A DNA stretch of 18,247 nucleotides from an uncultured delta proteobacterium (GTDB lineage Bacteria; Desulfobacterota; WTBG01; CAIYCZ01): NCBI GenBank assembly GCA_963803975.1, contig CAWDOY010000028.1, forward strand, positions 1 to 18,247. The letters run 5' to 3'. Below are positions 1 through 8,555 of the stretch, piece by piece. Position numbers and translations under genes: made by a program. Position 1 is the stretch's first letter, and each line of letters opens with the position of its first letter. The notes below the pieces were generated by a model. That model was not told the origin of the DNA. It searched no databases and saw only the letters and a list, made by a program, of their open reading frames with translations.

Positions 1-24
1 GGGAGCCTGCGGCTACCACAATAG
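1..24 (+). CDS. Possible 3' end of an upstream gene (GSLRLPQ*), truncated by the window edge
   Basis: Frame 1 is open from base 1 to TAG at 22-24, 14 nt before the next ATG, which fits operon-like spacing. Too short to identify. Confidence 0.25.
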   Translation, partial: GSLRLPQ

Positions 25-38
25 AGGTTTGAACGGTA

Positions 39-755
39 ATGAGAACAGAACTTAAATACTTTTTCAATCCCGCAGTTATTGCTGGAATCAGCTTGATTGC
101 AGTATGTATAAATGCAGGAGCTGCTGATGAGCCGTATTCTTTGATCTCCAAGAAAAATCTTTTCAGCCCGGATAGAAAAGAATGGATCATGGAAAAGACT
201 GACAGCAAGGCCAACGAAGCAAAAAAGGCGGTTTCAAAGATTGACCTGAAACAGATAAAGCTCATGGGAACCGTGATCGTTGGCAATGAAAGGAAGGCGG
301 TCATAAAAAATTCTATCAAAAAAGGCTCAGGGAAAGATGCTGATGTTTACATGACCGGCGATTATATAGAGGGCTATCTGCTGAAAGAGATTGACGAAAA
401 AAAGGTCCTGCTCACGAATACCGACGCAAATGACTCAGTAGAGCTGTTTTTACATGAAGGCGCTGCGCAGCGCTCAAGTGAAAAGACCGATGTCACGATG
501 CCAGTCCCCGCCTCCGAGCCAAAACCGGAGAAGCCGCGCTATGCGCCGAAGAAGGGTGAGACCGGTAAAGACCTGTTGAACAGGGCGCAAAAGACGATGC
601 AGGTGCTTAAAAACGATAGCAGCGATCTGGTCAAAAAACAGGCTGAACGGGACCTGGAAAAACTGGATAAACTCATGGGGTCGATGTCTGATGAAGAGCG
701 AAGCGAAGCTATACAGCTGAGAAAATCGCTGAATGAAATGCAAACTAAAAAGTGA
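39..755 (+). CDS. Type II secretion system GspC/PilP-like protein (N-terminal hydrophobic segment, HR-type domain, helical C-terminal tail)
   Basis: 238-aa ORF with hydrophobic N-terminus (AVIAGISLIAVCINAGA), ISKKNLFSPDR, then IKLMGTVIVGNERKAVIKN...YMTGDYIEGYLLKEIDEKKVLL, resembling the GspC/PilP HR-domain pattern. A Pro-rich linker and charged helical tail follow. Stop overlaps the next start (TGATG, 753-757). Confidence 0.6.
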   Translation: MRTELKYFFNPAVIAGISLIAVCINAGAADEPYSLISKKNLFSPDRKEWIMEKTDSKANEAKKAVSKIDLKQIKLMGTVIVGNERKAVIKNSIKKGSGKDADVYMTGDYIEGYLLKEIDEKKVLLTNTDANDSVELFLHEGAAQRSSEKTDVTMPVPASEPKPEKPRYAPKKGETGKDLLNRAQKTMQVLKNDSSDLVKKQAERDLEKLDKLMGSMSDEERSEAIQLRKSLNEMQTKK

Positions 756-2648
756 TGAGCAAAAAAAAACGGAAGACGGTTTCCCCGGTACTCCAGCAGC
801 AGATAACACGCCCTCCGGTAACTAACCAAAACCCCCGGAAAATAACTATCCTGGTCTTTTTCGTGCTGGTATGCGCTTCGCTTATTCTTTATGGCAACAG
901 CCTGTCAAACCAGTTTGTGTTCGATGACCTGCCCATCGTTGTAGAAAACCCCGTAATAAAAAGTTTTACCCATATCCCGCTGGTTCTTGGATTACAGACC
1001 GGCCAGCCCATCTACCGGCCGGTGCGGTTTCTCACGTACATGGTTGACTATGCGCTGTCAGGCCTGACTCCGGTTGCCTATCATCTTTCCAACGGTATCT
1101 ATCATGCGGTAACTGCCTTTATACTGTTCCTGGTGCTGCGCATGCTCATGCGGGATGTCGCTGTTTCCCTTGTCGGAGCGCTCCTGTTTCTCGCCCATCC
1201 GGTTGCCACCGACAGCGTAACCTATATTTCAGGGCGGCGTGATATACTGGTGACGCTTTTTTACCTGCTTGCCTTCTACTATTTTATCAGCTACCGCACG
1301 GCGCCGCGGAAATGGCATCCCGCAGCCATCATTGGCTGCTTCCTCCTGTCGCTGGGTTCAAAAGAAATGGCGGTGACGCTGCCGCTAATATGCGTGCTCT
1401 ATGATTTCGTCCATACGTTCATGGAGCGTCAAACGCTCCCGGGAGCTGTGCTCACTAAAATAACCGGATCGTTTACCGGGATGTTTACCAGATACTGGAA
1501 GCTGTATGTGCCGCTGGGAATTGTTGGCGCTTTTTTCTTCTATGATAAAATATTTGTACACTATCCATCGCTGGTTAAAAACTTCTACGGAGGAAGCGCG
1601 GTCAGCAATTTTGCCACGATGGTGCGCATTATCTTCTATTATATAAAGCTGATCCTGTTGCCGGTTGTGCTTCATGCAGACTATTCATACAATTCGTTTC
1701 CGCTGTCCACCTCGTTTCTGGAGCCGCGCGTTATCGGGGCAGCACTGATAGTGGGAGCATGCATCTGGTTTGTGCTGCGCTCGCTGCAAGGACGCGTCTG
1801 GATATTTTTCGGGGGCATGTGGTTTTTCATCACTCTTTTGCCGGTGTGCCAGATTTTTCCGCACCATGAGCTCATGGCAGAACACTACCTGTACCTTCCG
1901 CTTGCCGGGGCTGTTATTCTGTTTTCGCCCCTGTGGCACTATGTACTGCAGCGAAAAAGCAAATAGCTGGGTTGCGCTTATTGCCTGCATCCTTCTGCTG
2001 TTTTCAGTACGCACTGTCGTGCGGAACCGGGACTGGAAAGACCCCATGACCCTGTGGACCTCGGTGGTGAAGGCAGCGCCGGAGTGCGCGCGGGGGCATG
2101 ACAATCTGGGGACAGAGTATTTAAAAATCAAAGACTACAAGACAGCACTGGTGCACTATCAGGAGGCGGTGCGCCTCAGGCCCGAGCATGCTATCTTTCA
2201 CAATAACCTGGGAAGAGCCTATGGAGTGCTCGGGGATATCAAGAATGCCGAGGTAGAGCTTAAGCAAGCGGTAGAACTGAATCCGGCCCTTGCTGAAGCC
2301 TTGAACAATCTCGGCATCGTATATTTTCAGAAGGCAGACTATACAGCAGCAGGATGGCTGTTTGCCCTCAGCAGCAACCGTAAGCCGGATGGCAGGGTAA
2401 GCTTCAATCTTGCCAAAACACACCTTAAGCTCGGTCAAGTTGCAGAAGCTATCAGGGAATTTGAAACAACCATCCGGCTGCAGCCCGATTACACGGACGC
2501 CTACCGGGAGCTGGCGTTGATTTTCGCCGGCCAGGGCAACAAGCAGGAGAGCCTGCGCTGTTTGCGCAAGGCTCTTGAGGTAGAGCGGGATGCGGCAAAA
2601 CAGCAGCAGCTTGAAGCGGCAATTAAAAAATTAGAACACGGCGGATGA
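755..2648 (+). CDS. TMTC-like GT-C membrane glycosyltransferase (protein O-mannosyltransferase-like) with C-terminal TPR repeats; frameshifted near 1954-1958
   Basis: ORFs 752-1966 and 1770-2648 join after removing one A from the A5 run at 1954-1958 (QRK/ANSWVALI). Motifs FVFDD, YRPV, HPVATDSVTYISGR, SKE, DYS, AEHYLYLP and RNRDWKDPMTLW, then 5 TPRs. ATG 755 overlaps the upstream stop. May extend to 2827. Confidence 0.82.
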
Positions 2649-2827
2649 AAAAAGGCAGCGCGCAACCCGAAGCAGCCAGGTCAATGCAGCGGGGCTATGT
2701 AGTAACTATGTGAAGGCGTATGAGGCGCTCGCCGGTCTGTACCGCAAAAAAGGGTGATACGGAGCAGGAACTTCAGGTTCAGCGTACCATAGCATCCCTT
2801 AAAAAAGGGGCTGCCAGCAGTTGGTAA
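2641..2827 (+). other. Probable frameshifted C-terminal extension (sixth TPR) of the preceding TMTC-like gene
   Basis: 2701-2751 reads SNYVKAYEALAGLYRKK. After skipping one base, 2753-2827 reads GDTEQELQVQRTIASLKKGAASSW*. This is TPR-like and its stop lies in the RBS-like TAAGGA of the next gene. Confidence 0.5.
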
Positions 2828-2834
2828 GGAATTT

Positions 2835-5261
2835 ATGCCGGGGTTGAAAAATACTATAGTGCCGCACACTGGCTGGAAGGTTGCAATGAGAACCTGGGTT
2901 CTCCCCGGTTTTACGCTGGGGCTGTTTTTGCCCTTATTATTCACCCGCAGCATTGCATATTATCCGGGGCTTCTGTTATACAGCATCCCGGCGGGCCTTA
3001 TTCTGCTCTATGGTTTTTTCCGGGGCATGCTGCTTGTTGCAAAAAATTCCCTGCCTGCTGAAGATGCGCAAGAACGCCTTGCCGTCATTCTCAGCCCCCT
3101 CATGCTGCTGAACTTCGCCGGCATTGTTTTTATCGTTCCGGTGCCGGCCATTCCCTTCTTTCTTGTCGCCATAGCCTTGGCACTCGTCTGTTACCGGACC
3201 ATAGTGTTTCTGCGGTCGCTGTGCATTCTCCCGGTGGCGCGTCTTGAATGCGCGCTGTTTATGGTCCCCTTTGCCGCATGTTTTTTTGTGCTTTTTCAGG
3301 TGAACATTATCCATGATGCTTTTCAATATCTGGCCACTCTCGTGTCCGTGGTAAAAGATTTCGACCTGAACTTTTATAATGAACTGTATCTTCAGAATGC
3401 ATATCGATTTTACAATCCTGCCACCCTCAACTCGGCACGGTACCTTGGCGTGCCGCTGCTGGAAGTGCCTTTTTTTGCTGCGGGAGAACTGCTGGCGCGG
3501 GTGATGGCTTTGCTGGGATCATACCATGCCCCCAACGGCATGACCTTTCCCTATCTCTTCATGGTCAGCCTGTCCTCAACTTTTTTTGGCCTGGCTGCCG
3601 TGCTGCTCATCTACCTTTTGTGCCGGGAATTTTTCTCCCGCAGCACCAGCCTGCTGGCAACAATCGGCTGCTGGCTGGCCTCGCCGCTTGTCTTCTTTAC
3701 CTTCTGCTGGAACGGCTGGCCGCACCCGTTCAACACCTTCTTTACGGCGCTGTTCCTTCTCTACTGGAAACGCACCCTCGGCGCCAGGACCTGGAAAGAC
3801 TGGATCGCGCTCGGCAGTATCGGCGGCATACTCTGCCTCATCCGGCCGACCAATGCCATTCTCGCCCTGTTCCCGGCGTGGGATATTATTCAGTGCCTGC
3901 GGTTAAAAAAAGCTGTTATCCGCACCATAATCAGGCCGCTGGCGGGCATGCTGGCAGCCGTCCTTATATTCAGCCCCCAGCTTACCATCTGGAAATGCAT
4001 CTCCGGGCACTGGTGGAGCGGGCCCTACCAGGAAATCGGTGATTACTTTGACTGGCTGCACCCGAACTTTTTCGGCACCCTGTTTTCTACCGCCCAGCAC
4101 GGCCTGTTTGCCTGGTCGCCGCTGCTGCTGCCCGCGGCGCTGGGCCTCTGGCTGCTCATGAAAAAAGACCGGGCCTTCGGCGTGCTCGCCATGGTGTGCG
4201 CGGTTCTGCATACCTATATTTACAGCGCCTGGTCGGTGTGGTGGACGGGCATTGGTTTTTCCAACCGCTTTTTTATTGAGCTGATCCCCTTCCTGGTGCC
4301 GGGCCTTGCAGCCCTGATAGAAAAAGCAGAAGAGAAAAAATACCTCTCCCGCGAGTTTATCGTTGCGCTGCTGTCATTTGCCGCCGTCTGGAATATTTTT
4401 TTAATGGGTGCATACCGGGTCAATAGTGTCCCCTACGGCATTCCCGAGCCGGCACGGATTATAGATAAGCCGCTGACCATAGGGGAGCTCATCCTTCAGC
4501 AGCTCTTTGTTTTTCCCGAGAAGGCGGGATCTCTTTTTACCGCCCAGTGGAGCAATGAGAATTTTTTTACCGACCGCCTCATCCATGCCGTTCTCTTTAA
4601 AAATCCGCTGGAAGCGGCAGTAACGCTGGCTGCCTTTATGCTGCTGGCCGCTCTTTTCCTGCTGCTGATCCGTTTTTTCCTGCGGCCCGATGCCGGAGCA
4701 CGGCTGCTCAACGCCCTGACACCGCTGCTCTGTGGCGTCGCGGGCGCTGTTTTACTCACCCATCTTGTTATTCTGGGCGCGTATCGCAATTCGATACCGT
4801 TTGGACATATCTATCACCTTGATGCTCGTGATGCGAGCGTTGCAAAGCCGGCCGAAGATACCTGGTTTTACTGCTCCTCTGCGCAGCCCGCGATAGCCCT
4901 GGATGTGCTCACGTTCCTCACCTACAGCTATTCAATCAGCCAGGGCACGCCCGTGGCACAGGTGACGGTTTATGACCAGACGGGCCGCCCGTTTGATTAC
5001 CTGTTACGGGCAGGCATTGACACGGCCGAGCATTCATCTCTCCGTCCAAAAGCACGCACCTATATCAAACACACCTTCAGCGAGACAGCTATGGTGCGTG
5101 AAATAATATACCGGGGATATTCACGCTATCTGTTTCCGATAAACACCTATGTGACGCGCGTTCAACTGCCGGAACCAATGACCATTAAGAAAATACGCTT
5201 TCGCTATCTTCACAACGCAGGAAAGCTCGTCGTCACTGATATTTTTCTGAGAGATTTTTAA
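2835..5261 (+). CDS. Multi-pass membrane GT-C/ArnT(GT39/GT83)-like glycosyltransferase with a soluble C-terminal domain
   Basis: 808-aa intact ORF with many TM segments, IIHDAFQYLATLVSVVKDFDLNFYNE loop, LIRPTN, HGLFAWSP and WWTGIGFSNRFF. The hydrophilic C-terminal region contains LLRAGIDTAEH. RBS-like TAAGGA lies 7-10 nt upstream. Stop overlaps the next ATG (TAATG, 5259-5263). Confidence 0.7.
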   Translation: MPGLKNTIVPHTGWKVAMRTWVLPGFTLGLFLPLLFTRSIAYYPGLLLYSIPAGLILLYGFFRGMLLVAKNSLPAEDAQERLAVILSPLMLLNFAGIVFIVPVPAIPFFLVAIALALVCYRTIVFLRSLCILPVARLECALFMVPFAACFFVLFQVNIIHDAFQYLATLVSVVKDFDLNFYNELYLQNAYRFYNPATLNSARYLGVPLLEVPFFAAGELLARVMALLGSYHAPNGMTFPYLFMVSLSSTFFGLAAVLLIYLLCREFFSRSTSLLATIGCWLASPLVFFTFCWNGWPHPFNTFFTALFLLYWKRTLGARTWKDWIALGSIGGILCLIRPTNAILALFPAWDIIQCLRLKKAVIRTIIRPLAGMLAAVLIFSPQLTIWKCISGHWWSGPYQEIGDYFDWLHPNFFGTLFSTAQHGLFAWSPLLLPAALGLWLLMKKDRAFGVLAMVCAVLHTYIYSAWSVWWTGIGFSNRFFIELIPFLVPGLAALIEKAEEKKYLSREFIVALLSFAAVWNIFLMGAYRVNSVPYGIPEPARIIDKPLTIGELILQQLFVFPEKAGSLFTAQWSNENFFTDRLIHAVLFKNPLEAAVTLAAFMLLAALFLLLIRFFLRPDAGARLLNALTPLLCGVAGAVLLTHLVILGAYRNSIPFGHIYHLDARDASVAKPAEDTWFYCSSAQPAIALDVLTFLTYSYSISQGTPVAQVTVYDQTGRPFDYLLRAGIDTAEHSSLRPKARTYIKHTFSETAMVREIIYRGYSRYLFPINTYVTRVQLPEPMTIKKIRFRYLHNAGKLVVTDIFLRDF

Positions 5262-6412
5262 TGAGCCTGCATAGCACTGCATCGGCAAAAAGATCACGCT
5301 CCCGGACCGCCCTTTGTATGGTTGCCCTTGCAGGAGGGGTGCTGCTTCTGGTGCTGGGACTTCTTATTCGTCCGCAGCAGCCTCCTCCCGCAACCGGCGT
5401 AGAGCTAACAATGGTCTGCATCAGCGGCTTTTCCTGGGATGACAGCATCCCCTTACACAGAAGCGGACAGCTTCCATGCCTGAGCAGCCTGTTTCAGCAG
5501 CAGGGTTCCTATGGAGATATTATCAGCGCGGGTTTTAAGACTGACACGGCAATTCTTGCGTCGCTTGTCACCGGGTGCTTCCCGGAGAAGCACGGCATTA
5601 ACGATACCGGCGAGCTGATGCGCTCCGGATCAGTCAGCGCCGTGCAGACGCCGGTCTGGCAGGTTCTTGCTGCCCGGGGGCAGCGCTCAATAGTAATCGG
5701 GTTTCCCCTGTCATATCCGCAGGAGCCTGCAGAAAATATTGTCGTTCCAGCAGCAGCACTAATGGCCGGCTCACCTGCGGGACCGGGAGTGCCGGGGCAG
5801 GGCTCGAACGCTATACAAAAGGCGGAACAGAATACACGTGCCGCATTGCTGGCAACAGCCGTAACCGGGGGCGAAGCACTTTCAAACGGGCTTCTGGAGC
5901 AGCTTGCGTCCTCTATGGCAGCTGATGTGCGCAGCATGCAGGCGGCTGTCTCTGCCATAGCTTTGCACAGCGATTATCATCTGTTTGTTTATTTCTCCGG
6001 GCTCGGCCAGTGGCAGCAGCAGCTGACATCGAGCACGCTTCCCCAAACCACACAAGAAGCGCTCATTAAAAATTATTATATCTTTATTGATCAGCTCCTG
6101 CAGATACTGCTTTCTGCCCGCAGCAGGCAGGGCATCTTTATGATTGTGTCTGAAAGCAACAGCAGGCGCGGGCTGCCCGCGCACCGGAGCTATTTCCCCG
6201 GGGCAGCGCAGTATCCGGCCGCCGGCTTTTTCTATGCTGCCGGGGTTCACATCCTCCCCGGGATCGCTCCCCTGTCCCTGCATCCTGCCGACCTTGCCCC
6301 GACACTGCTGTACCTCACGGGAAACCCGGTGGCAAACACCATGGACGGGGGAGTCATGTTTAAGCTGCTGGACGAAGATTATTACTTTCATAACAAACTG
6401 GAATTCAAATAA
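5261..6412 (+). CDS. Membrane-anchored alkaline phosphatase superfamily (type I phosphodiesterase/nucleotide pyrophosphatase-like) protein, probably catalytically degenerate
   Basis: 383 aa with an N-terminal TM helix. Scaffold motifs GQLPCL, SLVTGCFPEKHGI, PVWQVL and DLAPTLLYLTGNPVANTMDG are typical of the family, but the canonical DG, D..H and SDHG metal-ligand motifs appear replaced. Confidence 0.75.
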   Translation: MSLHSTASAKRSRSRTALCMVALAGGVLLLVLGLLIRPQQPPPATGVELTMVCISGFSWDDSIPLHRSGQLPCLSSLFQQQGSYGDIISAGFKTDTAILASLVTGCFPEKHGINDTGELMRSGSVSAVQTPVWQVLAARGQRSIVIGFPLSYPQEPAENIVVPAAALMAGSPAGPGVPGQGSNAIQKAEQNTRAALLATAVTGGEALSNGLLEQLASSMAADVRSMQAAVSAIALHSDYHLFVYFSGLGQWQQQLTSSTLPQTTQEALIKNYYIFIDQLLQILLSARSRQGIFMIVSESNSRRGLPAHRSYFPGAAQYPAAGFFYAAGVHILPGIAPLSLHPADLAPTLLYLTGNPVANTMDGGVMFKLLDEDYYFHNKLEFK

Positions 6413-6414
6413 CT

Positions 6415-8361
6415 ATGCTGTTGCCGGTGATACGTACAGTGCTGCCAATGTATGGACACAAAACAGGGGTCTGGCTATTGCTCTCTTGTTTGCTGTGGTG
6501 CGGATGTGAAGATACGGCGGTAAAGACAAGTCAATCTGCCGCTCCCGGCCATTACCTGCATGACAGCCGCGGATGAGGTGCGCGATCTGGCCTTTGGCAG
6601 CGCAGATGCTATCTGGGCCGCAACCCCGGGCGGGCTGCTCAAATTTAACCGGCGTAACGGCCAGTATGCGGTCTATACGGTTGCTTCCGGCTTGCCCAGC
6701 AATAATGTGCTGTGCGTATGGTATAGCACTTCCGGCATCCTCTGGCTGGGAACCGACCAGGGGATAGCCAGTTTTGACGGGGAGCGTTTTACCTGCTTTG
6801 GCGCAGCTGACGGACTTCTCGATCAGACCGCCACCGCTTTTGCCGAGGGTGGCGATGGAACACTGTATGCTGGAACAAAACGCGGCATCATGCGCTTTAC
6901 CAATGGAATCTGGGAGCCGTTTAACGACAGCCACGAATTTGCCCGCCGTCCGGTGCGCGCTATTGCACGGGATACTGATGGCACCATGTGGTTTGTGAAG
7001 GAAAAAGCTCTCTCCCATTACAAGAGAAATGATACGTGGGAAATTTTTCATAAGGATGTCCTGACTGCCAATACAAAGGTTCCCCCGCTGTTCAGATATT
7101 TACTGTGCATCGCGGTTGACAGCAGCGGCACGAAATGGATTGGCTCTGAGCAGGGCTTATATGGTTATGACGGCAGCAGCTGGCAGTGGTATTTTGATCG
7201 CGGGCGGCTGGGGACGGGCAGGGGCCTCAAGGATAATCGCATAGAAACGGTCGCGCCAGGCACCGGCAAGCGGATTTTTGTCGCCCACGGTGACAGCCCC
7301 GGCGCTCATGACGGGCTCGGCATAGCATTTTCAGACGGCACTGATCAGTGGACCTATCTTACCACCGCGGACGGGCTTCCCTCAAATAGCGTCTACACGC
7401 TGAAATCTGATGCCGGGCATACCATCTGGGCAGGAACGGCACAGGGCCTTGCCTCTGTTGACGGGCTGCACATTAAGGCCTATCGGACTCGCGGCCTGAT
7501 GCCTGACAACCATGTCATTGCCATGCTCGCAGACGAAGGCGGCCGAAGATACGCGCTGCTGGCTTCGGGCCTGGTTGAGTGCATGGGTAAAACCATAAAA
7601 GAGCTTCCGGCCATGCCCGGCAAGCGAGCAGGGGCGGGGATTGCCGTTAGCGGCAGGATATATGCGGCAGGGGCTGACAAGGGACTGTATGTTTTTACGG
7701 GAAGCGGCAACTGGGAGCAGGACAGCTTTTTTATCGAGCGGAAAGTACTGCATCTTGAAAAAAGCGACCGGGGGCAGGTACTGGCAGTGGCTGCGGATGG
7801 CATATACTGCGGATCATCGGGAAACTGGGTAAAAATCGAGATTGAGCACTATACCTGCTGATTTTATCCCGTTGAAAGTATTTCAGGACCACCGGGGCAA
7901 GCTCTGGATTACCGGAACGAGCGGCAGGATTCAGGGAGGAGCGCGCAGCGCACTGGTTACTGTTCAGAATAAGCAACTGGTGTTGCTTGCTGTCCCCTCT
8001 TTGAGCTTGAGCTATGCGTACCTGAACCGCATCCTCTTTGATCACAACAATGCTGCATATCTTTCAGGCCCCGCCGGCCTGTATCAATACAGCGCTTCGG
8101 GATGGCAGCCGATAGCTCTGCCGGTTGCCAGGGGAAGCCTCTCAGCCGCGGCATGGGACTAAACAGGGCAGGCTCTGGATAGCGGGCCGTGACCGGGGCT
8201 TGTTTGTGCGTGACGGCAGCACCTGGTGCGAATTTCTTTTTGCGGGAAAATCAGCCCCCGGCGGCATCACCTCGATTGCGTTTGAAAATGATGCGGTATT
8301 GTGGCTTGGTACCAGTAACCAGGGACTGTTCCGCGTGGACGTACAAGGAAAAACTTCTTGA
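6415..8361 (+). CDS. Exported two-component-regulator-propeller (Reg_prop-like) repeat beta-propeller protein, possible lipoprotein; three frameshifts
   Basis: Four segments join, each by removing one base: 6415-~6546, 6560-7861, 7842-8162 and 8125-8361 (about 647 aa). Repeated GLPSNxV...GxLWxGTxxG blades. The N-terminal segment encodes GVWLLLSCLLWCGC. No kinase, TM anchor or output domain follows. Confidence 0.78.
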
Positions 8362-8396
8362 ACTGCACCGGGCAATACGATATTAAAATAATCCTG

Positions 8397-8554
8397 TAGC
8401 AGGCTGTTGAAAAACACCCATCTGCTTCGTTGCGCTCATCCTTCGTCATTGCGACGTACAGTACCGTACGCCTCATTCCTCTTGATTTCGCGCGCCTTGC
8501 ATCCGGATGTTTTTGATCAGCCTGGGAGAAAACTGCTTTTTCAACAATCTGGTA
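8397..8554. mobile_element. Non-autonomous MITE/REP-like element with terminal inverted repeats
   Basis: Left end TAGCAGGCTGTTGAAAAA (8397-8414) matches the reverse complement of TTTTTCAACAATCTGGTA (8537-8554) at 15/18. An internal IR copy TGTTTTTGATCAGCCTG (8508-8524) matches 8400-8416 at 15/17. A central CGTAC/GTACG hairpin is present, TA lies at both ends, and there is no transposase. Confidence 0.65.
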
Positions 8555-8555
8555 G

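Noticed and set aside
2645..2713. Small ORF MKKGSAQPEAARSMQRGYVVTM* overlapping the 2648 stop (ATGA)
   Set aside because: It is only 22 aa with no features, and the region is better explained as a frameshifted TPR extension.
6560..8361. Hybrid two-component sensor kinase
   Set aside because: Only the propeller repeats are present. No TM, histidine kinase or receiver sequence follows.
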